Positions 50,408-63,647 of a stretch of 64,000 nucleotides of DNA are shown here, one piece after another. The translations under genes and the position numbers were made by a program. The notes under the pieces were generated by a model. It did no database searches, had not been told where the DNA came from, and saw only the letters and a program-made list of their open reading frames with translations. The DNA is from Stylophora pistillata (Eukaryota). Location of the stretch: assembly GCF_002571385.2 (NCBI RefSeq), contig NW_019217828.1:156394-220393 (forward strand), written 5' to 3'. Positions within the stretch are counted from its first letter, which is position 1. Each line of letters opens with the position of its first letter.

Positions 50408-51937
50408 ATGTGGCTGTGTGTGCGAAGACGAAGGTCATTTTTGTCGAGATGCACTGTTTCGTTTGGTGTAAAGACTTATGTTATTTTCAGTATTTTCATT
50501 ATGTATCACCTGCTTCGTGAACAAACTTCGAATTCACCTGGCGTTTTTCGGAAGAATGTTCAACCACTGGCCGGATTACTTCCACTCAAACGGCTTAATA
50601 GAAACGTCGTTAAAGAATTATCAAAGACGGAATCTAACAAGGTAAAGAGTGTCACTTTAAAGAACATTTCGCGGGATATTAAATCGAGTGTTCCGTCAAT
50701 TACTAATTCTGGATCTAAACAACATCTCAAGTTCCTTTTTGTTTTACATCATTACGAACAACTAACAAAGACTACAGAAAATTTGCTACAACTGGCTGCA
50801 GTGGCGAAGCAAACTGGTCGTGTGATCGTAGAGCCTTTTGTGCGCGATTCTAGAATGTGTGGATTGCCTCACGGCTGGTATGGTCAGAGACGGTCGGAGA
50901 CCAGAAAATTTCATCCAATGTCGCTGTATTTTAATGTAACATTTATCAACAATTTGCTCAAAATATCTCGCTACGCCCCGATGGTTAAACTAGAGACTTT
51001 CAAACGGGAATGTCGCTCAAGCGTTGCAAACACAACTTTGCTGCATTTTATGTACAGTGATCGAACGAAAGAAGAAATGGAACGTTGGTACAGAATATCC
51101 TCAGATATTTATCACAAGACCGAAAATGCTTTGAAAAAATCCGGCTGGTGTGACTGCGCTTTCATAGATAATGGTCTTAATTTTTCTAACAGAATCGGTA
51201 ACTTTCAAGCGGGAAGGCAGATTTGCGTAGACGCCGAAAGAATAAAAAGTCTTCAGTTATTCAAAAGTAAAATCCTCAAAGGTGACAAATGCATTGCTAT
51301 TATTCACTGGCGAGGGTTAGGTAAACACAGATGCCACTTCACACCGGAAGTAAATATTGAAAGCCGGAAGTTGGTTTACTCCCTGCGATCGAGTGAATTT
51401 GTCAATTCACTAGCGAAAAAAATCATCGACTCGATAAACGAGGAGTATCTTTCGATCCACATCCGAGCTGAACGGCAAATTCTTTGGTATGGATTCGATC
51501 GACTGGCACGGTGTATCAAAGTGCTGATGGAAAAAGTTGTAAAGCTTCAGCAAAAGTATAAAATCAAGAGAGTTTTTTTGTCATCAGATTTGACACGTTT
51601 TGGCTCGGACACATTGCATACATTCACATCACAGAATATTTCATTCGCCAAGAAAATAAAAGAAATACAGAGATATTTGTCCAAAACTTTAAAACCCATA
51701 ATACACAATCCAAGATCTGGAGATACATTAATGATGGACAGTGGGGTCGTTGCACTGACAGAGAAGAATATTCTTAAAGAGGGATCACACTTACTGACGA
51801 TTGGCTCTGGGACTTTTCAACAATGGATTGTTGATGGATTTATTGAAAGGAAAACAAATGCTGAAAAGCAGAAGAATTGGACAGTCACAAGAATTTGTAA
51901 CAAAGAGGGCAAGGTTAATAATTACAAACCCAGCTAA
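50408..51937 (+). CDS. O-fucosyltransferase-family (GT-B, POFUT-like) type II membrane protein, 509 aa
   Basis: RRRR + TM; YEQLT N-motif, YLSIHIRAE (HxR), VFLSSD, and GSGTFQQWI motifs typical of GDP-fucose-binding GT-B enzymes; single exon. Confidence 0.72.
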   Translation: MWLCVRRRRSFLSRCTVSFGVKTYVIFSIFIMYHLLREQTSNSPGVFRKNVQPLAGLLPLKRLNRNVVKELSKTESNKVKSVTLKNISRDIKSSVPSITNSGSKQHLKFLFVLHHYEQLTKTTENLLQLAAVAKQTGRVIVEPFVRDSRMCGLPHGWYGQRRSETRKFHPMSLYFNVTFINNLLKISRYAPMVKLETFKRECRSSVANTTLLHFMYSDRTKEEMERWYRISSDIYHKTENALKKSGWCDCAFIDNGLNFSNRIGNFQAGRQICVDAERIKSLQLFKSKILKGDKCIAIIHWRGLGKHRCHFTPEVNIESRKLVYSLRSSEFVNSLAKKIIDSINEEYLSIHIRAERQILWYGFDRLARCIKVLMEKVVKLQQKYKIKRVFLSSDLTRFGSDTLHTFTSQNISFAKKIKEIQRYLSKTLKPIIHNPRSGDTLMMDSGVVALTEKNILKEGSHLLTIGSGTFQQWIVDGFIERKTNAEKQKNWTVTRICNKEGKVNNYKPS

Positions 51938-54019
51938 CAGAGGTATAACTTATAGCGAATGTGGTTGAGAAGAAAAAAAACCATAGAGGTCTCATACTCA
52001 TAACCATGCAAAAATCCCTCATCATTCCACATCCAGAATATGACCAAAATGGAATTTCTCCTTCAGTAACAAGATTTTCAAGCAGTAAGGTGATAGAAGA
52101 AAGAAAATATCACCTAGGGGATACTATTTAATACCACATTTTCAAAGCTAGAATTAAAAGGAGATGCACTGCAGACAGTACAGATAATTTATAGGTAGAT
52201 CTTAAGAGTCAAAGAGTAAACATTTCACAATTTTTTCAGGAGCCTTTACATCCTTGTAAGGTGTGGCACAATGCTTGCCATATGGTATTTAATAGAAGAA
52301 AACCACTAACAAGTTAATTCAGCTCACTTCTTCCCTGGAATTAAGAATGCTTTTCAACTTGAAGAGCATACAAGTTTCACAGTCTTGCTGTTTCCCTGTC
52401 ATCTGATGAAAGATGTAGAAAATCAGCTCAGAGAGCATTTTTTCAATTTTGTGCATAAAATATCATAGGAGGGACAATCTTCATGCAGAAAATCTGAGTC
52501 ATATTTGAACCAGCTTTCACCCCCAGGAGAAACTTAAAAGATCAGTTTCTCTATACTATATCAATAACACAATAGGAAATATATAGAAGACAGTGTAAAC
52601 AACAATTATTATTCAGATCTTGAGACTGAAATGGTAAACTACCCAGGGAACAAATCAAAATTGTGGGTAAGTAGCTAGAGATTGTGACTAGTTAATTATA
52701 AAGGATAAAGAAAAGCTATTCCAAGTTAGAGGGATGTGGTGCTTCTTCATTTAGTAGTCTATTTTCACTTTGGAGCAAATTTGTGAAAGGTATTCTGGAG
52801 GCAAAAGATAGAAACACCCTATCAAACTTAATTCAAAATTTTATTTGTCAAATTAAATATAAGATTGCAAAAAGGAAAAATAAAGAGAACTGAAATGAGT
52901 GCTTCCTTTCAAAGAAATACTTGTCACTGAGGCCAAAGGACTGAAATTAGAATTCCTCCCCTCTAGGGATACATGGGAAACCTGGTCCTAAAGTGCGTTA
53001 CCAGTATATATATATGACTTAAAAACTTAAAAGAAGATATCACTCAATAATCGCCCAATTAATGTTTTAGCCCCTTGTTGACTACTTTTTTTTCTTAGAA
53101 GTTGTTCATATGAAATGACCCCTTTTGAACAGATAAATTTATTTGGAAGTACTTCCTGTCTGTGGGGCCTTTAATAGTGAAAGTTTGAATTATACGCAGT
53201 AGCTAAGTTACTTAAATTTCCCCTTACTACAACACTGCACAATTCAGAGTAAACCGTTAATATTTATGTATCGACAGAAACTCTTGTAGCTTAGCAAATT
53301 TAGAAAAGACCTTGTTTGATGAACAGAAGTTTTCAACGCCGACGCAGTAATTATTTAAAGTTCGGAACACAGGAAGCTGTTAGATAAATCTCCATAACCA
53401 CAAATTACCTGAGGGAAGAAATATTTCTTGCGAGGACAATTCAAGAAAACCGCCACTACTTTCCACAACTCGAGAAGCTGTAAAATGAGCTGGACTGTAC
53501 TATCTTAGATTACGTGAGAACACCAGAACAAGATCATTGGTTAGCCTGGAAAACGATTCTCTTACGCTCAGGAGACTGTGGAGTCCGACGAGATCTTAGC
53601 GACTGCAACCGGTGATTTATGAACGGTAAATTTTATGTAAATGAAATATGGCTATCAGTACAGTTTAGTTATGTGTAAATCGTAAGATTCTTCGGTTTAT
53701 TAAGAGCTTTACACTAAAAGAAGGACGAAAGACAGCTACGGGAGACTGAGTACGAATCTACCGTATACCGCGAAGAGCTAGTAACGAGGGAGTTAAAAAG
53801 TGGCGGCAATGCAATATAAGTAAGTGCTTCCCTCATTGAAATGTTAAATGAATCGTGATGGATTTGCATATTCATGATTTGAGTTGTTTCGATGAATTGT
53901 AAACATTGGGCTTACTGGATCTTGAACGGAAACGAAAATAGCTCAATAACACGTAACAGGATAAATTTGTCCTTTTCGTTTCATTGAACGTGTAGTTGCA
54001 GTATCTTGAACCCTTTAAA

Positions 54020-57000
54020 ATGGGAAATCATAAAATTCAGTGGCATTTGATCCTGGATTTCGTATGTCTTGTCGCTCTTGGTGTTGCGGAGATGTTGATC
54101 CATGTCATCCCGATAGAACCATCTCACAGAGGATTTTTTTGTGACGATAAAAGCCTTCAGAAACCTTTACAAGAAGAAACTGTCTCTACCTGGCTCACGA
54201 TTGTAGTCGGTTTCTCTGTGTCAATTCCCGTGGTAAGTGTTTAACTTGATATTAACTCAATTACATTTTTATTTGCAGGCTAGTGTGGATTTACACGACC
54301 TACGTTTGTCAACATCTCTTAGCAAATAGTCACTAAAGTCAATACAAACAAAAGTACTTAAACAGGCTATTCGCACTGCTAGGTAAATAGCTGTAAAGGT
54401 TTTTTTACTCAGAATCTATTCGCATGATCTTCCCCTCAACGGAGGAAGTGAAGGGCAGTCATAATTTCTTAATACCACACTGTGCACGAGCGTTTATTTG
54501 TTTTGTTTTACAACTAAACATTGAACGCTTTACCCAGTTACATTTAAGCCGGCTCAGCCTTAGGTTTAACGATGACAACTTCTTTAACCATTGCCTATCT
54601 TCAATACTTTGAGAAGCTTTTATTGTAGTCAATGTTACCAAAATTCAGTGAATTGCGCAATTGATGTATTCAGCTTATCGTGCAGGGGCGTGAAAATATA
54701 ATCTGTATTTCTAATTTGCCGCAAGGAGCCATTACTGGGTTTTCTTTGTTAATATCTTAACCCTTGGAAGATAAGCGTTTGAAAATGAACCGTTTTGGCT
54801 CATTTGGGATCGTTACCCTTCACTTGATTTAATCAAAGTCACTCTGAAACTCCAGGCTGTGTCAAAGCATTCCCTGATTTCCTGCCAAACCCTGAAGAAG
54901 AAATGCAGAGGTGTTTCATGCAGATATTACTCACCCAATGAAGTGTTGATACTCCTTTGAACAACATAAGGACAGATACAATGGAGTCAACACCCTTTGT
55001 CGTCTCATTTTAGGTCATTGTCTGAGTGATAATTATCTTAAATTATATTTTCTTCAAAGATTATTGTATGTGAAGCAGTGAATGCTAAATCTCAGAGAAG
55101 AAAACAACAGCTTAAAGTTGGCAAGTACAACATTAAATGTGGACCATTAATGTGTACACCATCAGCATGGCAAAGAAGGTGATTTATAGCTCTTGCTTGT
55201 CCTCCTCAAGACTATCTTGTGTTAAAAAGTTAGTATGGTAAATCCTTGTCTAGTAAACAAACTGAAATTGTCATGACATTTAAGATGTCCCTAGCCACTT
55301 GGCTAGTAAGTTGAAAAGTTAGTGTGAAGCCCAGTAATGTACGCAGAAACTCAATGCATCTTTATCAGGTTTAATATATTGCTTTTCTGTTTATTTTTCA
55401 GAACATTCTTTCTTCTTTTCATGTTTGGATTTGGTGCACTTATTACAAATCTGTTCACTGACATGGGTAAAGTGACAGTTGGAAGATTGCGACCATACTT
55501 CATTGCAATATGCAAACCCAATGCAACTCTACTTAACTGTAGTCAGGGCTTTATTACTGAGAATATATGCACAGGAGATCCTGTAGATGTGTTGGATGCA
55601 AGGTGAATGCTACAGTCCATTGAAAAATGGTCACCCTGCTAATACAATGTAGTCATGTGATGGCAAATTTTTTTGCAAACTATGACAAGTCAATGCTCTT
55701 TCCTTGATCAAAAATATTATTTTATCTGACACTCGTCGGTTTGATTAGAGCCTGAATTGAATCATTGTGTTCTGTTTTTGAAAAAAAGAACATTTCTCCT
55801 ATGATACCTCTCTCCATCCAGGATCATAAACCAGCTTGGCTCAATTTCCGCTCTCTTTTCCTCCCTACTTTTTCTTACTAAAAAATTGCCCTTTTTGTAT
55901 TTGTTTTACCTTTTAGAATGTCTTTCCCTTCAGCTCATGCCTCATTTTCAGCTTATTGCATGGTGTTTTCAGCAGTAAGTATTCTTTTGTTTCTGTCACT
56001 GGTCAGCCAATTACCACTCATCCCAGACCTAGAACATTGCAGGCTCAACATGGGCAGTGTCACTTATATTAGAATAATTTTTATGTCACACCCACATTAA
56101 TATGTTGCTCATAATCGCACAAATGAGGCTTTATTTTTATGCGTTTTTTTCTAAAAAAAACCCCTGCAAGCATAAATGGTTTTCCAAAAATATACATACC
56201 TTCAATCTTCCTTAAGTGCATTAGATTTGGTTGGTGAAATTTTTTTCTAATAATTTTTCAACCTTAAGTTGGTAGTCTCATATTGAAGTATATATTAAGA
56301 AAACTTTCAACTCTGCTTATGATTTTGTTATCAAATAATCATTTTTTTGTTTACAGCTATATCTGGAATCATCAATGCCAACAAAACAAACCAACGCTGT
56401 GAAGCCCTTTTTGCAAGTTGCCCTCCTGTCACTGGGACTGCTGTGTTCCCTGTCTCGCATATTTGACTACTGGCATCATTGGGGAGATGTATTGGTTGGC
56501 CTGTTTCTTGGTACCATTGTGGCTTTCTTTATAGTAAGTGTCCAGTTACTACATCTGAGCGTAAATTCTTACTTCAGCCCCTACTTATTAATTTCCAGGC
56601 TCTGGTTGTTCAGAGGGCGGATAACGCTATCCAACGGATAAATCGCTATCCAGCGGATAAGTGTTACCAAAACGTACTGCGCTATCCACCGGATAGAGAT
56701 TTATCCAGTGTATAGCGTTATCCATCCTTGGAACAACCAGGGCCAGAAGGTAATCTGGAAATCTTTTTATAGTCGTCAGATTGAAGAGTGCGATTTGAAC
56801 CTCAGAAACAAGTCATGCTTTGGAAATTGGGACAAGGTCTAGAATTGCAGGCTGCTTAGTTCATAAGCAGACTGTGAAGACTCACTTTTTGCCTTGTTTC
56901 CTTTTTTTTGTCCAGACATTCCGACCGCTGAGGCTATTTTCATCTCCCCCCTGCCCCAAGTGTCACCCTAATGAGGAAGTAGACTTTGCATTAAGAAACC

Positions 57001-57059
57001 CTGTGAATAACAGTGAAGAAATAGCAGACCAGAATGGTGACAGTCAATTTCCACTGTAA
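54020..57059 (+). CDS. Phospholipid phosphatase (PAP2/PLPP1-3/wunen-like), paralogue A, 6 exons
   Basis: Exons 54020-54232, 55060-55178, 55402-55602, 55917-55974, 56357-56533, 56916-57059. Motifs: RGFFCDD, C1 KVTVGRLRP, C2 SFPSAH, C3 SRIFDYWHHWGD. Confidence 0.92.
56596..56746. mobile_element. Harbinger-like MITE with GGATA subrepeats
   Basis: GGCTCTGGTTGTTC...GAACAACCAGGGCC with CAG flanks. Confidence 0.7.
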
Positions 57060-57757
57060 CTTCAAATTGAATGTCAACGATTGGATCAGATGTAAAGCAC
57101 ACGCCTAAATCATACAGTTGTATTCTATACACACAGATGCTGCACCCAAAATTAGGTACCACTTCTAAGTTTAGAGTTGGATGAGAGAATACATTTTTTA
57201 AAGAAGTAGGGTTTTTTAATTGACATCCCTCTGTACAAAAAACACTAGGGAGCGTCTGTCTAGTTTGAAGGGAATTTACAACAAGATCATATTTTTTGCC
57301 TGATAATTCTTTAGATATTCAAGCAAAATCCAGTACACAAATGTAGAAGCTGTGAAGGACAGATTTTAGGTTTTTGATGAACATATTCCATAAATATTTG
57401 AAGGTTTTGTATAGCAAGAAGTATATCAATTGACTAAAGTATGAAATTGGTGCAGAGTGAAAAAATATTAAGTGAGAGGAGCAGTGTCAAAACTTGTAGG
57501 AATTGCTAAAGAGGAGACTTCTAATTTCTTAAATTTTCTATCATAAAGTCTTAAACAATGTGGATTTCTTGATAATGGAAATACTGGAAATTAAAACTCA
57601 ATTGACTGTGCATGAGCAGTAAGAAATTATTACACAGATTGAAAAGTATTTTATATAATGATATTAAATTATTGTTATGGGAGTTTTTCTTTTGTTTCCA
57701 AGCATTTTGAAAGCTATAGGGGATGTGACTTGAGTGATGGAGAAGTGTAAATATTCT

Positions 57758-57885
57758 TCTGTTAAGCAATAATGCTGCATTGGATTGCAATCTGTGGTAG
57801 CTGATTGGGTGCTCAGATGGTCTGTTAAGCAATAATGCTGCAATGGATTGCAATCTGTGGTAACTGATTGGGTGCTCAGATGGTC
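57758..57885. repeat. 63-bp tandem duplication
   Basis: TCTGTTAAGCAATAATGCTGCA...GCTCAGATGG x2. Confidence 0.9.
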
Positions 57886-58771
57886 CACTCATAAGGCAGC
57901 CCATATTTTAACATAACTGAAAATCAAAATTAACTTGGTAAACACATTTTGTTTAAACACATTTAAACTATTAATTGAATTATCTACGGAATTGTTATTT
58001 AATCCTTATTTGTACTCCCCATATTCATTTTAAGTTCCAGGTTACAGCAAGTAATCACAGAAACAAAAAAATTAATTATTTGAGAAAAGCTGGTGAAATT
58101 GTTCTAATTGTAAAGGAAGGTTGCTTCAGTAAATTCCTCTTATTCTGACAGGGGAAAAATACGTTTGTCACTTGCTTCGGACATGTAGTTACAATTGAGT
58201 CTTTCTCGGCTTTTCTCCCTATCGGCTATTTGAAATAAAATTTAGAAAAAGTGAGACTCTAAGCTGTTGAACTGATAAAGACAAATGATCAGGCATGCTT
58301 AAACGTTTTCACTGGAACGTTCCTAGACGTGTGTTTTTGTCTGACGTTACCCAATTCAGTGAACTAATTCAAAGCGGCCACCCAACTTGATAAATGAACT
58401 CCAGTTTGCAGGATCATCTACATTTATTTAATTAAAATTATTGTCTTCGTGAGCTTATGAAAGGATTACTTCATGAAAATTCCTTCAAGAGGGTTCAGAT
58501 AGACAGTTTTCTTCTAACCCGCCTCGAAATAAAAGATAATGTTTCTGGTTCATGGTCTGTTTCGTTGTTATGGCCAGTTACTGAGCCAAAAGGATAGCTT
58601 TGACAGGCTCTCGTATTTAGGTCTGAGAATTGTGTAATACCATCACTAACTATTAACGAGATTATTCATCGCAACACTGGAAAAAGAAGCTGTTGTTAAC
58701 TGCCTTCGATAACGCTCTGAAAAGACATAAGATACTTTGCTTTAATTGTAGATTACGGCTATACTCACTGC

Positions 58772-59033
58772 AACATAATTTGGTTTTATCAACTGAGTTG
58801 ATAATGTGAACTGACCATGCAGAAAGAGTTTATAGCTGACGGTTCGAGCTTTAGCTCTCCGTTAGAGCCCTTCGTCTTTCGCCCGGACGAAGGGCTAAAG
58901 CTGAAAGTTCAGCTATAGAAACTCTTCGGTCCCAATTCGCACAAAAAAAAAATCGGTTGCCGGGATTAAAATGAATTGTTTTGTAACACCCCCATCAACG
59001 CAACACCATGTTTTCTCTAGAAACTTAGCCCCT
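58772..59033. mobile_element. Degenerate inverted pair of Penelope-like pLTRs
   Basis: AGCCCTTCGTC-TTTCGCCCG-GACGAAGGGCT centre with pLTR-like arms on both sides. Confidence 0.65.
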
Positions 59034-59164
59034 TAAAACTCAGTGAGGCATTAAGGGTGCAGTTATTTGCATACTGCTCGCCTGGAGATAATCCAAATGC
59101 GAAAGTCTGAGTAATTCAGCGAAAGAGTCACCATTGCGTATCGTTCTACAACAACGATCAAAAG

Positions 59165-62100
59165 ATGGCGCGTGACTCCAAAATCATCAACTTGGCTTTC
59201 GATATATTATGTTTTACATTAGTCCTAATCGATTATATAGTGACGAAGACTTTGCTGTATGGAACCACTGAGAAGCTCTACCCAATTAAACAGGGATTCT
59301 TCTGTGAGGACAAAAGCATTCAGCTGCCACTTAAGAAACCTTGGTTGGACTATGCAGGTCTCTGTACCCTAGCCTATATAATTTCCATAGTTGTGGTGAG
59401 TATATCAAGTTTTAATTCTATTAGAAGTATAGTAAAAGCAAGAAAAGCTACGCAGAAAAATGGTTCAATCAAATTTGAGCGTTCAGAAGAAAAGTTTATT
59501 AAAGATGATTCCTTGTTTTGACCTCAGTCAAACCTGCTCAAAAATTTTGCGTTTTATTTCTAGTTTTAATTGCCAAAGATATAACAATGAACGCTATAGC
59601 TTGATCTCAAGGAAAGTCGTCTAATTCCGGCAATATTTCTCTCTTCTTCTCTTGGACCATGACACAGCGAATGAAAATCAAAACTAAAGCGTTGTTAACA
59701 AAGAACTCCAGTGGGAAGATCTCTCTCGCCATGCTTCGTGACTGTGAGCTAAAAACGCTTTGCAACATCCTTCAAGTCACTGCAGAGTTTTGTTAGTATC
59801 TTTCTAAAGCTTTCCTTCCATATAAACAGAAGCAATGACGGCCAGGAAATGGCGTCTTTAAACTCGAATTTACTTTTTTTAACTATAAAACTGAAGACTT
59901 TAAAAGGAATAAATTGAGCAGTGCTAACAATTCCACAAATCGTCCTGATTACGATAATCCATAAAACATATCCCTCAAATTAGCGCTATTGTGGCCATTT
60001 CAGTCGGATTTATCAAATATTTCCTTCCTAGTTTCAACGCTTAAGTTTTGAAATTGATAAATTTAAAGTTATTTAAGCCATGATTAATTCTGGGAGAGCT
60101 TTCCACTAATGCAAATTGGTAAAAACCATTCTTTTCAAGTCTTCAGAAAAATAGGAAAACCATCGTTTCACTCTATTCAAAAATCTCCAGGAGCTTCTCA
60201 GAAAAAGTATCAGTGCATGATGAAAAGTTCTCGAACAAGATCATAATTTCTAAAAGTCGAACAACTGAGGCCTTTTCACCAGAAAGTTCATTTCAGGTTG
60301 ATAGGAATGCAAATTATTTTTTGTTTTGTTAGGGGCAATTCGACCAAATCAAAGTACATCATACGAAATGTGAAATCAAGCACCTTAAACTTAAAGTAAT
60401 TCGAAGTTCTGCTGCCACAGGAATGGTTCCAATTTTGATCATTTTCTTGTTGTTCTGAGCTTCAAATTTTTAAGAAGAGATCATAGTATCGTTCAATGGT
60501 GGTCTAAATTTCAAATAACTATGAACAGATTTGCACCACAAAGCGAAATAATGCTATAGGCATCTCATTAGGTGTAAATAAGTAACACTAAGAAAATCCC
60601 ACAACTGATTTAAGATGTTCATTTTAGTTGACGTGATGAGAAACTCACTGTTGGGGTTCTTGATTTAGTTCCCTTGTCGGATTGAGGTCGATCTCTTTAC
60701 TGGGAAGTTTCTACCAAGAGCTAAAACTCATCGCACCACAGCTCAGTGATTCTATTGTTCTCTTTGTTAAAAGAAAGCTTAATTGATTTTAGTCGACATT
60801 TGGTCTCCCGCAAGTATTTAAGGAGTGAATAAACAAATAACACCATCATATACGGAACATCTTCTAAGACAAAGACCTCAGGGCCTCGTCAAGCAGTATT
60901 GTGACAGACACTTTTTCACTTAACATTTGACCATAATAATTTGACTGACTAGGTCTGTTATCGAGTACTGACGCTATATTAACAGCTACGTTTCAACGAA
61001 ACCTGTGGCATTTGAAAGGTCAAAATGCAAGAATTACTAACGAACATTTCCCGCCAAATTATCCGATTTGGGAAGGGTGGGAGAGGTGGTAGGGGTGGGA
61101 AGGGCGGGAGGGGTGGGAGATGGGGCCAGAAAAACGTTGACAAATGGAAGGTCAAGTATTTTGGAAAAGGAAAGACAAAATCACCAAGGTCCCAAAGTTT
61201 GGAATTCTCTACCCAATGATCTCGTCTAATCCCCCAGATATTCTACCTTTAAGATCTTACTTAAAATATTCCTATCCAAAAGAAACCAATAATAAACTCG
61301 CCCGTTGTCCTGATATATATGGCAGAGAAATAAATAGGGCGAACCCGGGAATGAGTGGAAAAGGAAGGGGAGGAGTGAGAAAAGACAAAGGAGAAGGGGA
61401 ACTTTTGGAAATACCTCGTGCACTCCTCTGTCGCTTGGTTAACTCTTTAATCTTCAATATATATAAATACTGATCTCTTCTTCTACTAGTGAAAGGAACC
61501 CATCATTAGCTGAGTCGCTTGTTCTGCCAGATTGACGGAACGATCATGAAAAAAATAAAATGCAATGTTTTCATTCATCGCCCACAGATTATGATAGTCG
61601 AGTCTTGTAACCAATGGAAACGAGCAGACGAGAAACACGAGGAAGAAGAAGAAGAATCATTTGGACCAATCACCGTAAAGCCCTGGATTGTCAGGTAAAA
61701 GGTCCAGTATGAACTTGAAACACTCATCTTAGACACTTAACCCTTTATTCCCTTACATCATTATGCATATTCTCCCTACTGTTTTCTATACATTTGTTAC
61801 GATATCGCCCTTAGATCAAACATTAAGGTAATGAGAAAAAAGGAAATGATTACCAACTAAAGAAGCTCTGGATTGTTAAACAAATTCTTCTTGTCATCAC
61901 TTTAGGAATTGTAAATAGAAAAGTATGGAGAATATGCATACTGATGTTAAGTTTGGAAAGGGTTTATAAAGTACTGAACACCAATACAATCTCAGATCAC
62001 TTTCGACACTCAGTGGAAGGTCTTACTTACAAGCTAGAATTTAGACCTGAGTTTTTCTTTTGCATTTGTTTTTATTATCAGCACGATTGCACTCATTTTC

Positions 62101-63647
62101 ATCTTCGTGTTTGGAGGATTTCTGAATGAAATCATAACAGACCTCGCCAAAATAAGTGTGGGTCGCCTTAGACCCAGCTTTAGGGAAGTGTGCCAGGCCA
62201 ACTTGACAAAGAGTGACTGTCAACTGGGATACATCCCTGATGTGAGGTGCACTGGAGACGAGTATGACGTCAAAATGGCCAGGCAAGACGAGAAATGTAA
62301 CTTAGTATGAGAAGCACGTTACTAGTAACAAACAGGGGCGTAGCCAGCCTAAAAGCCTGTAGGCCCGGGCCTACAATTTTTTTTCCGCCCGCTTGTTTAA
62401 AACATAACACTTGCAAAAAGGTTGCGACAAAACTTCTTTTAATCGCTGGCTTCGAATCGAATTTTCCCATATGTATGTGGCATCTTTTATCTTTATTTGA
62501 AAATAAGAGGAAAATTTATAGATAAACGCATTTACTAAGAAACTTGAAAAAAGAGACAAGCGTGCATAGTTTTTGAAAGTCGGACATCACACCAATCACT
62601 GTGCGCAGTCACAGTAACCAATCAGAAGAGAGAAAAGTATCAGGGAGGTACCACTGGGCACAAGCGGCCAATCAAAATACTACCAGGCGTTTGAGTAAAA
62701 TTTACTGAAGTAAAAAATGCGTAATGTTCAGGGAAACGCCAATTGCCAAGTTGTGATATATTTTAGTTTTTTCCTCTGACTCATTGAGAGAATGGCACGA
62801 GTGTCGGTAATTTTGATGACTTTTTATACAGGATGTCTTTTCCATCTGGTCACTCTTCCTTGAGCATGTATGCCATGTTGTATCTTGCGGTAAGTTTATC
62901 ACTTCTATTGCGCCTTTTCAAAAGCGACAGTGTGTGTCCAATGAGTGTGTGTCCACTCCGTATCGAATGATTCCCTCTTTTGTTTCATTTGCACGCTCTG
63001 CATAAATAGCTTGTGAAAGTGATATCCCACCGGGTTCGCACCTGGTATCCCACCGTTACTTCATCGGTATCCCACAAGTTTCCCCCGTATCCCACTGGTG
63101 TTCCCCGCCGGGAATCTCACCGGGATTTTCGAAGAAAAAAATTTATCAATCGTTCATTCAAATATCAGCGCTGAGGGGAAAAAGTACTTGGCACAGCGGT
63201 TCGTCTACAAAGTCCTTTAGTTTAAAAAGTTCTTATTCAATTTAAAAACTTCACTTCCCTTCACTCCAAGCAAGGTTGTGCTTTTACTTAAACTAGAGTT
63301 GGATGGATAAAAGTCAAGACTATATTGGCGACGAAGAAGGGGACAAGAGTTACCAAACAAACAGGCAAAAAAAAGGAGTGTACAAATAATTTTGGCGTTA
63401 AAGGAGGTCTAAAGGTGCTTCGTTTCTCCCGTGATACTCGAGTGACAAAATATTTTTTTCTCTTCATGTGCAGTTCTATATCCAGTCAGCTGTGAGGACA
63501 GAAACGAAGCTTATCAAGCCATTGCTCCAGGTTGTGGTCGTATCTCTGGCGCTCTACGTCGGACTAAGCCGAATCGCTGAAAATGCTCATTTCTTGAGTG
63601 ATGTTGTTGCTGGTTTCGTGCTTGGAGCCATCATTGCCTGGCTGATG
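59165..63647 (+). CDS. Phospholipid phosphatase paralogue B, 5 exons seen (last exon uncertain or beyond window)
   Basis: Exons 59165-59395, 61588-61694, 62082-62282 (GC donor), 62832-62889, 63474-63647. Motifs: QGFFCED, KISVGRLRP, SFPSGH, SRIAENAHFLSD. Confidence 0.9.

Noticed and set aside
52960-53000. Collagen-like micro-exon (G-I-H-G-K-P-G-P-K)
   Set aside because: It is 26 nt, breaks phase and has no partner exons; likely chance.
61025-61219. RGG-repeat protein ORF
   Set aside because: It is a translation of the intronic G-rich tract.
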